Below the pieces are notes generated by a model. The model worked only from the letters and a program-made list of their open reading frames with translations, ran no database searches and was not told the origin of the DNA. From Azolla caroliniana (Eukaryota > Plantae > Polypodiophyta), in the NCBI GenBank assembly GCA_043228905.1, contig JBHGNT010000006.1:14322001-14386000 (forward strand): DNA of 64,000 bases, read 5' to 3'. A program made the position numbers and the translations under genes. Shown one piece after another: positions 48,361-63,560 of this stretch (positions within the stretch are counted from its first letter, which is position 1; every line of letters begins with the position of its first letter).

Positions 48361-49699
48361 GATAATTTCATTTAGATAATTTATTATCTGTTTTTACGCA
48401 TTTATTTTAATTTAAGAACAAGTAGCTATGAAGAAAATCTAAGTTTCAATCACGTTTGACTTCCAAATGATTCGTGTTTCCATTAAAACGTTCAATTATG
48501 TTTTCCCTTCGTGTCTCCTCCATTTTAAATTATGTATATCATCTCTATTGAAACATAGATTACCATATATTATCCTCGAGCCACACTTCTTTAAATAATG
48601 TGCCTTGTAATTGAATGTGCTGATTGCCAATTGTGAAAAGCACATGTCAAAATAGGCACTTAGATCTTCATAATTAAACGTCCGAAGTATTCAACATATT
48701 CAAGTATTTCAATGCATTCAACCAATTCCACCTTAATTAAAAGTACCTGAGAGAGAGTAGCATACATATTGTTCGCTATGGTATGTTACATATATTGCAA
48801 CCATGATCCAGATAAACAATAGTGAATAGATGTGTGTGTAGATTGTGTGCGAGTAGATGTGTATATTCAAATGGATAGAATCGATATTGTTACATCTGGT
48901 GAGAAAGCAGTGGGAGAGTTAATTGATCAGAGTAGTATAGATGGTGTGGTACTAGAGGAGGGTGGGGAATTAATGTAATGAAAAAGAAATTTATGGTAGA
49001 TGAGATGAAACAAGGGAAGTGACGAATGCATACAACAATGGGACACATACATAGTATCAACATCAAGCAAGTAGATGCCATGTTTGTGTTGCAACAATAC
49101 ACACTACACTTTCCTAGATGACCTCTACCTTCGTACATACGTACTTCAGCGAAATAATGTACCTTTCTCTAACCAGATACTCTCTTTTAAGTTCAGCATA
49201 CCATGGATTACATTTTTTACATTGGTGGTTTCCAAGAACATGAAAAAATCAACCCAAGAGAATCTTTGGATTTTTCTGCTGTTTGATCTTTGGTGGTCAC
49301 ATAAGCTTTATAAATTTCTTGGGAGTGCTAGTACGTCTGTGTGCCTGTTTTATATACGTAAGAGATTTAGACCACAAAATGGAACAATTTCCATCCATCA
49401 AAGGCATGTGTATGTGTTGTCTTAACCATATATAGAAAAGCTGCTCTTCAAAGTAGCAAAAAAGATAAATGAATGAATGAATGAAGAAAGAACATAAAGT
49501 AAATAATAAGCAGGATTTCCTGCTGAACAAAAAAGGACAACCCACTTTTACATGGAAGGAATTATTCCAGAGGAGAAAAGAAAAACAAATTATAGTTATG
49601 CACATCTCATGTCAAGGAGATCCTAAGTCTCTCTTCACTACTGTTGAAAAACTTCCCTTTTATTGATGATCACTGATTATAACACACCACATGTCTTTT

Positions 49700-52600
49700 T
49701 CAGTCGAGGGAAGCTCCGGATGTTCCGGAAGATTCAGCCACATCATCTATTACTCTATTCATTGCCATTAGCATCGGAAGGTGTTCGACTCTTTTCCCAG
49801 AGTCTTCATCATGAAGAGCTCTATTCAATCTTCTCAACCATATATCATAATCCACCGGATATGGGGTTCCACAAAGACTATCAACATAATCAGCAAACGC
49901 TTTTAATACCGCAGAGATCTCACCTAATTGTTGCTGAATTGTTCTCCGAGCCCAAGATCTCTCTCTCCATTGCAATGCAGACTCAATGCTATCAAATTGA
50001 GGTGTATTTCCACCACATAAAAAATAAAGCAAATAAACTAGACTCTCGGCGTCTGATGCGGGACAAAGTTTACCATCTTGTAGCGCGTAAGTAGAAGAGA
50101 ATCGTAGACTAATCCCAGGGCTATCTCGATCTTCGAGGATAGCATGACCCCACTCTACTAGTACATGATAATTCTCTCTATCAGCTCCAGTAACACGTAC
50201 TATATGCTCAGGGGTTATATCTCCATGTTGAATACCGGCTGATGTGGCACTTCGTAGACCCGAGAGGCAATCGCGGCAACATCTAAGTGCTTCTTCTGGA
50301 GTAAAAAATCCATGCTTTTGAACAACAATATCTAACGATTCCCCTACAGGCGAGGTCACAAGAATGGGTGTTCCACACCACGGATGACCACATCTTCCTC
50401 CAGGACTTTGTTTTGTGCACGTGCCTGAGTGTATAATCCGTCCTGATGCCACAAGCTGGGGTAGATATTTACTAGATATTCCTCTTTGTTTCATTACATT
50501 TAAAACACGTGTTTGTCTTTGCACCTGATACCATGTGCCCATGTAATCCCAGGAAGATTCTTGTTGGGAAGGATGAGCTCCTACATACACATTCAAAAGC
50601 TTGTTTTCCTCCTCCAATGCAACGCCAGTGTAAACTATCAGCTTTCTAGAATCACCAGAGTATTCAAGTATTTTGAAGCCTCTTTGCCAACGTGAATCCT
50701 CAAGCCATAACACAGCCCCTGGTTCAAGTTTCATTCTTTCTAGCTGCTTTACAACATCTGGCTCGATCTCCTCTTCAATCTCCACAATCTCACCATGACT
50801 TCTATTAGGATGAGCAGCGACTACCATATCAGTGCCATTTTCATGTCCTTCCAATCTTCTACGTTCGAGGCACTTCTGTTGTATCCGAGCCTTATGTTCG
50901 GCTGCCAACTCAGCAATCGGTTTCTTCGGTGTCCCTTTGCATTGTCCTATACTATAAAACGTAGCAAGCAAGAGTTGAAGAGCTCCATAATCACCCCAAT
51001 TCGCATTACCAAACCTATTCCATACTCGCTCAGTAGTAGAAACCCTAACATGTGCTTGGTCCTGTATCCAAGAGGCTGCAGCTTCATATACTTTTGTAGA
51101 ACTTGTATCTAATTCACTTACATTACCTTCTACTCTCACCACACTACCATATTGAGAATTGACAAGCAAAACATGAGCGACATCTGGATTCTTCACAATA
51201 GCTGATTTTCCATTAGCCATTCTTCGCGATAAGAGCATGTGAAGTGCATAGAATATAGCTTGAGATACAGTTTCATGAGAGGGGATATGACCTTCCTGCT
51301 GCAAAGGATCATTTCCAAGATCAGGTTTCAACAGCACAAACTCTAATATATGCTCCCACAATGCATAAGATCCTTTAGTACTTTTTCCTACTAAGGCAAC
51401 ACAATGGGGTCCTTTAACATGCCGTGAAGAACCCATTTTCTCGCCATAAGCATGGTTTGAGCCGAAACCATGAGACCCAGTGATAAAGAAAGGAAATGGG
51501 TCCTCGCATTTCCAGAATGTCTCCCATAACCCTTGCGCACTTGCATGCAAGAAGTCTTCAACACCAAGACATGTCTCAACTTCAATGGAAGCTCCAGTTG
51601 ATGAGGAAAGATAGGGCATCCGAAGAAGCTGCTGAAATTTGACACTCTCCAATGCAAAATCAAATTGCCTCAGTTCATCTATTTGAAAAGGTGGTTGGTT
51701 TTGTTCTTGAAGAGTGGGATTGTGTTCAAGCCAATTTTTCAAGGCAACACTAAAAGCTTCACTATCTGTAAACTTCTTCAAGAACTCTTTAACCCCATTT
51801 CCACTGGGACTAAGCAAAGAACCAGAAGAACGCCTCTTGGGGGATGCACCAATCCGGCTCGAGCTTGCAAGGCTTTTTCCATCCAGTGGTATACCTGAAA
51901 ACAACAAAAACAAACACATACAAAAATGTCTAAATTTAAAGATAGTGCATGAGGAATAAATTAACCAAGAAAAAGGACCTGGCGATGTTATGTGATGGAT
52001 TCTCTCTCGCCCATGCCTAGGTGAGCCTTCTTTATCTTTTGGATGCCTTCCTGCAAACGTTTGATTAAGTGTATTAGACTACAGAGTACATTGATTTCCA
52101 TTAAGACCATATACAAGAACCTAAGCTAAAGTGGGAAGCAGAAATTTAGCAGTCAAAGGTTTGGGATAGGTCAATCAACATTGACCATACACATTTCCTA
52201 GGATTTAGGGATATATATACAATGATAGATACCCTCTTACATGCCTTCTTTCTCTCCAATCAGTAAATGAATGGATTGCCTCGCTTTCATTATCGAACCA
52301 ATGATCATGTGATGGGCAATCCGCATGTAGTAGGGATGAGGATTGGTAGGTAGGAGTGTTCTCCTCTTTGCTTATTTTCTTTGAACATAGATTGATTTAT
52401 ATTAATCCCATGATTAGGAGATCAAGTTGGTATCCATTGTGTTTTGAATCTGATGTCACCATGAGTATGGTATAGACACATGCATGTATAGACACGTCAG
52501 GGATGAAGAAAGATGTATATGTAGCTTATGACCATGCATCTTGGAGCTGCTATGGAATCTAGCATATGTCTAATCAAAGGAAGATGGAGATTTTCCATAA

Positions 52601-53290
52601 ACTTAATCTCATTTCTATTATCAAGCCACTGAAGTTCAGGAATTGTTTCCTTTTCAGGTGTGAGAAAACACCATGATTTCTGTACAATTTTGCCAGACAT
52701 TTAAATGTATTTCGGATTTCGCTTTCACTATAACATATTTTTAAACGTGAAAGTTCAACATTTTGGCTCACTAGGTGCATCCACAATTAATTCCAAGTAG
52801 TATATAGCCTGTCATTTTCACTAATAAGTTTTCATTAAAGGTAGTACACTTTGCAAAAAGCTTACTTTCTCACTCTCTCTCCTTATATAGGACAAATTTG
52901 GCCATGGTGAGAATTGAGCTCCAGAACTCTGGTTCGCAGATGTGCACATATACTTTGATGTGAATTTCTTTTGCTTTTACTACACAGAAACGGCATATAA
53001 TTTTGACTTGATCTGTCTTGATCTTCACAAAAAGGCAACCCATTTTCCATTTCTCTTTGCTGCTAATAATAATTCACATCTAGATCTATATAATTATCTA
53101 ATGCTGGAAAGAATAATAGAAAACAGTCTAAAGATTGTTAACTCTTCACATGAAGGAATGCACATCTGAGCTTAGATTACGAAAGCGGAGCAATTCGTTC
53201 TTTAAAGCAGGAAACAAAATCAAATTGAAATTTCCATAGTATAGATAGTATCGCATAAATAATGTCATGATGTGACATACCTGCTCTCAT
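49700..53290 (-). CDS. Conserved plant protein-kinase-like gene (probable pseudokinase; resembles Arabidopsis At2g40980 from memory), 3 coding exons, about 758 aa
   Basis: Exons 53290-53281 (ATGAGAGCAG|gtatgt), 52050-51979 (ttgcag|..CCAG|gt) and 51894-49700 (ttcag|), all phase 1, total 2277 nt. C-terminal kinase-like lobe CGTPILVTSPVG, HGDITPEH, EWG, SDAESLVY. Confidence 0.88.
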
Positions 53291-53619
53291 GATGAAGCTG
53301 CTCTGGAAAGGACTTTAGAAAAACTAGCAGGAAACATTCAAAAGGGCGTGAGAGTGAGAGTGAGAGTGAAGAGGAAGAGAGAGAAAAGAAACTCTGCAGA
53401 TCGAGAATAGGGAGAACACAGAAAAAGAGGGATTTCTTTACATATAATGAGACTAAATCGAGCAATAAGAAAAAGGGGAAATAGTGGGGGATTTGTGGGA
53501 CTCTGTTTTTTCTTCAAGAAGTAGTAGGGTTTACTGAAGAATTCACAGAGAAGGCCGGGGGAGGGGAGGAGGGAGGGAGGGGTCCTCTGTCTGTCTGTCT
53601 GATGGTAGTCACTGATGTT

Positions 53620-53707
53620 AGAGAGAGAGATATATACATACATACATACATACATACATACATTGAGAGAAAGAGAGAGAGACAGAGAGTCAAATTTGTG
53701 GGTTTGT

Positions 53708-53790
<83 letters not shown>
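53620..53790. repeat. Compound microsatellite (TACA)n,(GA)n,(GT)n in the 5' region of the host gene
   Basis: Direct reading. Confidence 0.95.
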
Positions 53791-53792
<2 letters not shown>

Positions 53793-53899
53793 CTGGATTT
53801 TGGGCTCTTTCTTTCCTTCTTTACTTTTGCTCCTCCTCAAATCCCCCTCTTTCCTTAAAAGAACAACAATAATATTGTCTTTGTATTGTATAGTATGTA

Positions 53900-55082
53900 T
53901 TGCAAATGCGCCCATATTCTTCAAACGAAGTCGATGGGAACTGGTATCCCATTCGAATCATCACTTGCATGGACAAGAAATAGCACGTCAACCCTGAACC
54001 AAAGGGCTAGGAGGAAGATTATATAAGGTATGGATTTATGATAATTGCCCACTAGAACAACTCGACTAGGACCCTTTGGAATATCATTGGAACATCCTTA
54101 ATCAGAAGAAAAGGCGGTTCTTCGCCTATACGGCGAGCATAGGAAGGTGCCTACTACTCCAAAATCTAGCAACTAAACCCCCAATTAAAAATAGGTGGGC
54201 ATGACACATCGTACCTGACTTCTTCTTACACAGGTTTTGGGAGAAACTATGGATTACCGATCTCCCCCAAAAAATGAAGTCATTCTTCTGGCTGCTCAAC
54301 CATCATGCCCATCCAACCATGGAATGGAGCAACAAACGTGGACTGGACCCAACTTGCCACATGTGTGGTGAAGCAAATGAATCATCTCGGCACTGCTTCT
54401 GGTATTGCATACATGCACAAGAAATATGGAAGCAAAGTTTACAGATACTAGCTTGCAAGGGAGGTTATGGAAAGGTCTCATGGTCGGCGGCCCAATGGCT
54501 CATGACGGGCTAGGAATCATGGTTTCCCCAATTCAACGAATCGGTCCCCTTCATGCAATTGGAGAGAGGAAGTATTAGAACAACCAATTCTCCATCTTGA
54601 TGACAAACAAAGTCAACAAAGCTGAAGTCATTGTGAACCATACTTGCAGGTCTAACAAGATGGCATATATGAAACCATTGTTGCCGCAAGATCTTCCAAG
54701 GGAAGCCCATCCCACCAGCATAGGTCATCATGGAACTTTGGGATCACCTCATCACCTCCCTTCGTGGGTCATATTCAAGGCAAAACAAACTCACCATCCA
54801 AGGCACATGCAACCTTCATTTTGAAATGGTGTAGAACACCAATGCTACGATTGCAAGGTGGTAATACACAATGGTGCTATCTCCTGCAGTAATGGCTCTT
54901 CCCACCGGGGACTCCCCCCCATGCGATATCCACCCACCATCCCTGGAGTGTAGAAGGATCCCTCTAGTTTAGAGTTAATCAAAGTCATGGAGATCTATAT
55001 GAGGCCTAGCCCTTGTACATATGATACCTCATGTCTTTCTTCCTAACTAATAGGTAGCACATTTTTTGTAAAATAAATAAAT
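53900..55082 (+). mobile_element. 3' relic of an L1-type LINE ORF2 (zf-RVT region)
   Basis: FWEKLW...PQKMKSFFWLL..CHMCG...ES.RHCFWYC..AQEIW; A-rich end near 55070; boundaries approximate. Confidence 0.75.
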
Positions 55083-55430
55083 CATACTGGAACAAGGAAA
55101 CCCCCCTTGTTTTTTTCTTCCAATGGTCTCCCTTCCTCCTTACACACACACTCTTTATCTCTCTCTCTCACACACAAATGAATGAATGAAGGACAAGTGT
55201 ACAGTTTATCTATTGCAAGGTGAACCCTCCTCTCCCTCCCCCAAACTTATATTGTTGGTTGGTTCTCTACGATGACTAACAACTTTAACTTACATAAAGC
55301 TCACCACTCATCCAACTTTGTTGAAAACTTTTAATCATGTTGGGAAGAATCGCCACAATCATTTTTCATGAAGAGCATCAATTGTGAACCCATTGCCCAT
55401 GCTCTAATTGTACCATAGACCTCAATAGCT

Positions 55431-57535
55431 TGTTGGGAATATGTCCCTCCAATGGGAGGAGCCGACTGTTTGGGCCAAGAAGTGCCGACAGTCAAAGACA
55501 AGGAGGATCCAATTGTTAAGACCGAGTGTCGATGGTTGAAGAGTCGACTGCGAAAAAGTCAAATGTGAGAATCAACTGGGTGAGTCGACAGGAAGGAGAT
55601 CCAGGTTGAAGACACGACCAACTAGTCGGACCGACTAGACAGATGACACTAGAGTCGGATGATGGCTACTTACCATTATAAATAATAGTAGTAGTGATGT
55701 GTAGTAGGGGCTACACTTGTAAATAGCCCATATGATGTATGAGTATAAATACATCTAGGGCAACGTAGAGTGTAAGAAGAAGAAGAACAGTGTGATGTGT
55801 ATAGTGTAGAGTAGTGAAGCACGTGCAAGAGAGAGGAAGAATAGCGAGAGAGCGGCACCATAGTTGTGTGTGTAACAGCATGCGCCAAGAGCCCTATGAA
55901 GCTGATACACTCCATAGAGAGTGTTGTAATCTTCTCCATTTTTATATCCACTGTATAGTGAAGCTTTGTTCTCGTGGTTTTTCCCTTGTTCAGGGTTTCC
56001 ACGTAAAATCTGTGTGCATTGTTTTGGTGTGTGTTTCGAGTTGTGTATTCTTAGTGTATTCTTCTTGTGGATTAACCATTCATTTCTCCACAAACTGGTA
56101 TCAGAGCTTGAGGTGCAAGCATGGAAGGAGGTGTGAGCGGCTTCCCAAGTATGATAGTTCTAAACTCATAGTCCTATGCAGATTGGAAGATAAAGATGGA
56201 GGACCTTCTCATAGTCAAATACCTGTACAAGCTGATCGACAAAGCAAAAATACCCACGGGGGTATTAGAGTCATAATGGAAACTTCTTAACAAAAAGGTG
56301 GTGGCCACCACCCGATAGTGCGTCGATGTAAGTGTCTTTCAGCATGTGGCAAATGACACAAATGCCCACGAGATGTGGCAGAAGCTATCAGGTCTATACC
56401 AGAGGAAGAACGCCCTCAATAAAACCTCACTGATGAGAAAGATCGTACGGCTGAAATACAAAGACGATGAGAGCATCGTTGAACACATCAGCACATTCAT
56501 GGGGAATGTAAATCAACTTGTTGCAACCAACTTTCCCCTTGATGATGCGATGTGCACACTGCCGGATAGTTGGGAGAACCTGGTGGTTACTCTCAGCACC
56601 TCCTGTCAAGAAGAAAACTTATCTTTACAAGTAGTGAAGACAAGCATCCTTAATGAGGAAGCGAGAAGGAAGGACAAGGGTGTCTTGTCTCATTCATATG
56701 TGAATGTGTCACAACATTCGAACAGAGGAAGGAACCGACAAAGGAGTCCACCAAGGAGAGAAAAGTCCCACGCGAGATCCAAGTCCAGAGGTAAGCTAAC
56801 ATGCTTTTATTGTGGAAAGCATGAACATTTCCAAAAGGACGGCCGACATCTTAAGAAGGACAAGAGTGTTGGTAAAAATGTTGAACCAAGGAAGATTCCT
56901 GATGAAAAGAGCACTTCGGCCATTGCTACGAGCAATGAAGAAGTCCTGTTCATTTGTGAACAGGAAAGTGCAAATCTTGCAAGCAAAGAATGCACTTAGG
57001 TGATCGACTCTGGTGCATCCTTCCATATAACTCCGTCGAGAGAGTATTTCTCGATTTAACATAGTCGATGATCATGGTTATGTAAAGATGGGTGATAATG
57101 GAGAGTGCAAGATAGCCGGAGTCGGAAGTGTCTGTTTGATGACGTCAACATGGTGTCGGCTAACTTTGAAGGATGTTCAACACGTCCCCGATATAAGATT
57201 GAATCTGATATCTTCTGGAAAGATGGACGACGAAGGCTATAGTGGTAGCTTTCATAATGGCAAGTGGAAGTTCTGTTGTGGAAACCTCATAGTGATCAGA
57301 GCACAAAAAGAGGGCACACTGTACATGATGCATGCATGACTGTGCAAGTTGGAAGTGAATGTGGCAGCCGATTCGAGTGGATAGTCATGGCATAAGAGGC
57401 TAGGCCACATGAGTGAGAAGGGTCTACCTCTATTAGACGATCAGAAACTTTTGCTAGAAGTAAATGGAGTGCACTTGGAGAAGTGCGTCGACTGCTTACT
57501 TGGAAAGCAAAACAGAGCAACATTCCACTCAAGAC
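55431..57535 (+). mobile_element. Degenerate Tork-like copia G, 5' part (LTR 55431-56092, PBS 56096-56107, gag-PR-IN 56121-57535), interrupted by gypsy H
   Basis: TGTTGGGA...CCACA, TGGTATCAGAGC, gag homologous to copia B with stops. Confidence 0.9.
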
Positions 57536-57958
57536 TATTAGAGATCTAGGTAATAAGTAAGCTTAAGATAAGGATAAACTAATGATAGATAGAAAGGAGA
57601 AAGAGAAAGAAGGGTGCCGATCCACCCGACCACCCCCGAACGAAGGGATCGAGACGGACTCGAGCCTCGATCGGCGTCCCATACCACTGTCATGGCGTCA
57701 AGTCGTACCTGGTGCTGGCGCGCTCGCTACAAGAGTTGACCCACCACAAGAGCAGAGTCTCGATGTAGTCAAAAGATGATCCAATGAGGGTAGCTAGGCC
57801 TCTTATTTATAGCGATACCCAAGGCCCCCAGGCAAGTTCACACTTGACCTAATGGGTTGTCTCAATCCCGAGGATTAAAAGTAATCCTCCCCTTCTTTAC
57901 ACTCTCGTTTAACCCTCACACTTATCCACGTAAATTCTCACCACGGGATATTAAATGG

Positions 57959-60900
57959 TCATGCCCGTAACATACTCCCCTTCTTTAAAACATTGCACTC
58001 TTGCAATAGAAAGTTAGGGAAGTTTGTTCTTAGAGTATTCTCGCGTTCCCATTTGGCATCTTTGATAGATTTGTCTATCCATTTAATTTTAAATTCTCGG
58101 ATTTCTTTAGTATGTAACTTTTTTGTTTTAACATTGAGAATTCTTTCTGGTACATGTGGTTTCAAAGATAAATCTTCAGAAGTAACCAGAGTTTCAGTTG
58201 TAACTGTGTTGTCGCCAGAACCTAGAAGTTCTTTTAGACGACTCACATGGAAGACTGGATGAATTCCAACACCATCGGGAAGAGCGAGATGATAGGCTGA
58301 TGACCCAATGCGTTTGAGGACTGTAAAAGGTCCACAAAACCATGGGGCTAACTTAGCGCACTTACCCGTAGACAATGTCTTAGAATTGTGAGGTACACGT
58401 AAAAATACCTTCTGTCCAGGGTTGAATACACGAGGTTGCCTATGATGGTCGGCATAAAAACGCGCTCTATCTTGAGCTGTTTTTATATTATCTCGTGCAA
58501 TATGCAACATATCTTGCATATCCCGAAGAAAGTTTTGCGTACTTTGCAACTCATCATGATGTATATTAACATCAATCGGGGCTCGTGGCTGAAAACCATA
58601 CATCAACATAAAAGGACTATATCCCGTCGACGTATGCTTGGAGCTGTTATAAGCAAACTCCAAAATTGGGAGATAACGTTCCCATTTTGTTGGTTTTGCA
58701 CCAACGTATGCTCAAAGCATGCCCTCAATAATTTGATTTACTCGTTCTGTCTATCCATCGAATTGAGGATGATCCGTGGAGCTCATGCTCAACGTAGTTT
58801 CTAACTTCTTAAAGACTTGCGTCCAGAAGTCACTAGTAAACTTTGGATCTCGATCACTCACAATATCCATTGGTAACCCATAAAAACGAAATAATTCGTC
58901 AATGAATTGGTAAGCCAATTCAAGAGCTGTTATCGTGGTTTTAGTAGCAATAAATCTGGCCATTTTAGTTCGTCGATCAACGACAACCCAGATGGCATCA
59001 TGACCTTTTTGGGTGCGAGGAAGGCTAACAATAAAATCCATGGATATACTTTCCCACTTATTGTTGGGAATGTCCAAGGGATGTAAAAGTCCTGCGGCTT
59101 TAAGTCGCTCGGCTTTGTTAACCTGACATTGGTGAAATTTAGTCACATAGCTATGTATGTCAGGGCGCATCTTAGGCCAATAAAATTGAGTGGAGATGAG
59201 AATGAGTGTATGATGTATTCCAGGGTGCCCTGCTGAGAGTGCATCATGGCATTCAAAAAGAATCCTCTTTTTGACCTCGGGTAAATCTGGAACACAAACC
59301 TTCCCATTACGGTAGAGCAGACCGTTAGTAATGTAGAAGTATTCCTTCGAGGATGTGGTGGTGTCTATTCCAGACTCAACTCTTGCCCAATATTTTGTGA
59401 AATAACTGTCATCAGGATACTTCCCTCAAAGGTGATCATAAAGATCTGATGTTATTTCAGTGAAGCTAAGCATGTTAACTTCACGGATGCGACTTAGTGC
59501 ATCTGCGACAGTATTCATGGAACCTTTACGATATCGTATGGAAAAATCAAAGTCCTGGATGAGATCTGCCCATCGTGCCTTACGACCTTTTAGGTCTTGT
59601 TGGTCACAAAAATATTTCAAGGACTCGTGGTCCGTAGTTACCACAAAGCGATTTCCATAAAGATAATGGCGCCATGTTTTGAGCGCATGTATAACTGCAA
59701 ATAATTCCTTTTCTTGAACGGTATACCGACATTGAGCAGAATCAAGTTTCTTACTCTCGAATGCTATTGGTTTACCATCTTGATACAAGACAACACCTAT
59801 AGCATAATCTCTTGCATCGGTTTCAACCTCAAAAGGTTTTGAAGGATTAGGTAAAAGAAGTGAAGGATCCTTGCAAACCAGGTCCTTGAGTTCCTTAAAG
59901 GCGACGTCTAGTGTAGCATTCCACACAATAGGTTTTGTAGACTTACATGTTTGACCTTTTAAAATATCAGTAAACGATGTCGTCAATTGGGAGTAATTAC
60001 GAAGATATTTTCACAAAAACCCGACAAAACCAAGGAATGATCGAACTTCTCGAATATTCCGAAGAGTGGGCCAAAGCTTGATTTTCTCGATGCGAGAAGG
60101 ATCAATTTCAACTCCTCGTTCGGTTATGAGATGTCCAAGATAAGTAATTGATTTCTTGAAGAACTCACATTTTGAAATCTTCGCATAAAACTATTTGTCA
60201 CGCAATGTTTGTAAAACAAAGCGGACATGTTTCGCATGTTCTTGTAATGTACGGCTATAAACTAAAATATCATCCAAGAAAATAATGACAAATTTTCCAA
60301 GTTGTTCTCGGAAAATGTCATTCATTTCTTGTTGAAAAGTAGCCGGAGCATTGGTCAAACCAAAAGGCATAACCAAAAACTCGTAATGGCCATAGAGCGT
60401 ACGAAATGCCGTTTTAGGAACATCATCCTCACTTATTCGTATTTGATGGTACCCAGTACGGAGATAAAGTTTCGTAAAATACTAAGCTCCCTGGGGACGG
60501 TCAATTAGATCGTCAGCTCGGGGCAATGGGTACGAATTCTTGATCGTCACTTTATTCAAGCGTCGGTAATTAATACACATATGCCATGTGCCCTCTTTCT
60601 TTTTTACCAAGAGAACTGGTGCACCCCATGGAGATTTACTATAACGTATATAACCCATTCGTAAATAGTCCATGAGTTGCTTAGCTACCTCATCCTCTTC
60701 AGATCGATTTAAGCAATAAGGAGGTATACTTATTGGTGCAACACCAGGTACAATATATATACGATGGTCTATATTACGTTTAGGAGGTAACCCATCTGGC
60801 AGTTCACTCGGAAAAACATCACGAAAATCATTTAAGATTTCATCAAGTTGTTGTTGTTCAAAATATGTTAATTGAAACGAGACATTATCGATATTATAAA

Positions 60901-62383
60901 CGTGAATGTTCGGATCAAGTACACAATAAAATAGAGTAGAACAAGACAACTCAGATATTGATGGACACGAGGAAACAATCGAGAGGGATTGTTTTTTGAC
61001 ACATTGAATAAAATGAGTACAATCGTTCAGTACAAATGTAATTGAATGATGAACCCAATCAATAAATAAAGAAGAGTTTTTATTATAAAACCAGGGATAA
61101 CCCAATATTACATTGGTGGTACAAAGATTCATTACATGGAAGTCTACTTCCTCTATATAAGTATCAATAGAAATTCCTAATGAATGAATCGCCCCGTTGA
61201 TGTATTGTACTCTTCCATCAACCAAGTGCACCGTGTAGGTGTGATCACTTACGGTGGGTTGGATTCCCCATATCTGAACCAAACGATCATTCACAAAATT
61301 GTGTGAGCTTCCCAAATCAAATAAAAATTATACAGGAGATCCATTGATATACCCGTTTGCACGTAGTAAATCATTGGGACCCAATACATAGTGAGGGAAA
61401 GAACATTGACAATTACTTAAATGATGTGTATAGACCTGAAGGACATTAGGAATCTGACCTTTATGGTCTGCAGCTTTAGCTTTGTTGTCGTGCTCTTTCC
61501 GTTGGAGCTTTCGACATTGCTCTTTTGTGTGACCCTTCTTTTTGTAGAATACACTAAAAGGATGTTGTCGCTTACAATCGCGATCCAGAAATTCGTTGGG
61601 TGTCTTGCGTTTCCCAACAAATTGCGACTGCTTAGTCCCGAGCGCTTCGTTGGGTTTGTTGTGGTCCTTCTTCGAAGTGCGTTGATAGCGAAGATCTATT
61701 TCAACGGCCTCTTCGAAGGATTTTGGATCCTTATTGTGCACTATCTAGTGATAGTCCGAATTGGGGATGCCATTGACAAAACAAGCTATTAACCAGTTAT
61801 CCCCTTCTAGACCCGATTTTTGGATTTGGGTTCTAGCATGGTGAACATAGTCTTCTAGTGAGGAAAATTTCCGACTAGAGAGGTTCATTAAAGCTTGTGC
61901 TACCTCGATTCGAGAGGGAGGTTGTAGAAATTGGCCCTTGAAAACTGTGACAAAATCTGTCCAAGTATCGGGCAATTTCCCCAACGTACGGAGCCCACGC
62001 CACTAGGCGGCGGCCTTACCCCCGAGTTCTCGGCCGACATATGCAATCTTCGTACTATCTGGCGTGGGATAGAGCTCAAAATGAGACACCCATCGTCCAA
62101 ACCATGTGCAGATTGCTTCTTCGGTTCTTTCCTTTTTGTTTCCCGTAAATGGCTTAACGACAAATGATGGTTCACCTTGTCTCTCATCAGGTCTATTAGT
62201 CTCACGTTGTAGACTAATGACACGTGCCTCAAGAGCACTCTGAGATTGCCGAAGTTCGGTAATCTGTTGAGCGGTGAAACTAAGGTATTGGGTTATTTGT
62301 GCCAAATACATCTCAGTGGACATTTGTCCAGGAGGATTCCCTTGAGTTCCAGCAGATGACATCGGGTCGTTAATTTGAGCCAT
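57959..62383 (-). pseudogene. Gypsy H gag-pol with multiple stops and frameshifts
   Basis: ORF fragments 62003-62383, 60482-61315, 60191-60376, 59426-59986, 58751-59170 and 57959-58663 carry canonical motifs in order. Confidence 0.9.
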
Positions 62384-63560
62384 TAAAGATTATTTCTGGA
62401 AAAGAAATAGGATAAGGTCAGAGAGATAGTCATAACATCATGTCGTGATGTAAACATATCATGGGCAAACATTAATCGATATCATGATCTCACGTCAATA
62501 CCCCTCTAAACGTATGAGATGAGGTTCAAGATCAGGTTAATATGGTAACAGAAAGGTGTTTTAAAAACCATGGGGGTGACAATTTAATGTCTTTCTCATA
62601 TCTCTATATTGATTTTTTCATGGCGGCTCCCCAAGGCTCAACCATGTATGTTCGCGTCATGAGTAGTTTATACACGGAAAAAATGTTAACAATAAACTAT
62701 GTTTCTTTGCCCACATATGTGGTTTTGGCTCTTTACATCCTATTACGAGGACCCCGAGGTGCACTTAGACCTTAAGTCTAAACATGTGTTATAGTCATAT
62801 GTATCAAGGATATTGTATGGTCTTGGTCATATTTGAACTTGAGACCTCAAGAACAAATACATTAAACACTTGAGCCAACCAAGTAAGTTGCTCTTCTCGA
62901 ATGCTTAATGTTTGATGCGTATAAGAGATATGTGAGGCATTTGATCATATATGTTTTGTTTAAAAGAACATATATTTCAAGGGTCCTTATTTCGCCCTCA
63001 TTTACCAAAACTATGTTGGTACGTTACCTAACCTCAAGTCTCGTAATTACGATGGCATACGCCAAAGTGCAACCTAATGGTCAAGCCAAATGAGCCCTCG
63101 TTTCGTAGTAGGCCCACGTGGCCCATCACATGGTCACGTCATTACGAATGTCTCTCGTAAGAACGAGCTCATGGTGGCATCGTATCCATGTAACGAGGGT
63201 GGGATGTTGGATACGTGTGTCATTGGAGCGACCTCACTTGAAGTGGGTCAAGCCCTACGTACTCAACATCATTATGGCTATAGGCGTTTCTTTACGTAAC
63301 GAAATCGAGGTCATCAACGGGGTTGTCAACAATAAAAAATTGTTGAAAAAGGGATGGTGACAACGCCATTCTCACAAAAATGTGAGGACGGCCACCAACA
63401 TCCTTTTCCCGACAAGGACAACTTTCGATATAATCACGTAATAACAAATATACACATGTTTACTTATCACATATATACGATCAAATACGTATATACGTGA
63501 CCACATATGCCTATATTAAACATATCGTTATATTAAATAGCCACAAATGGTATGATCAAG

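Noticed and set aside
53338-53997. ORFs with HT/CV/RE repeats
   Set aside because: Translations of microsatellites.
57846-57900. A-box-like TGACCTAATGG in the gypsy H LTR
   Set aside because: No B box at a suitable distance.
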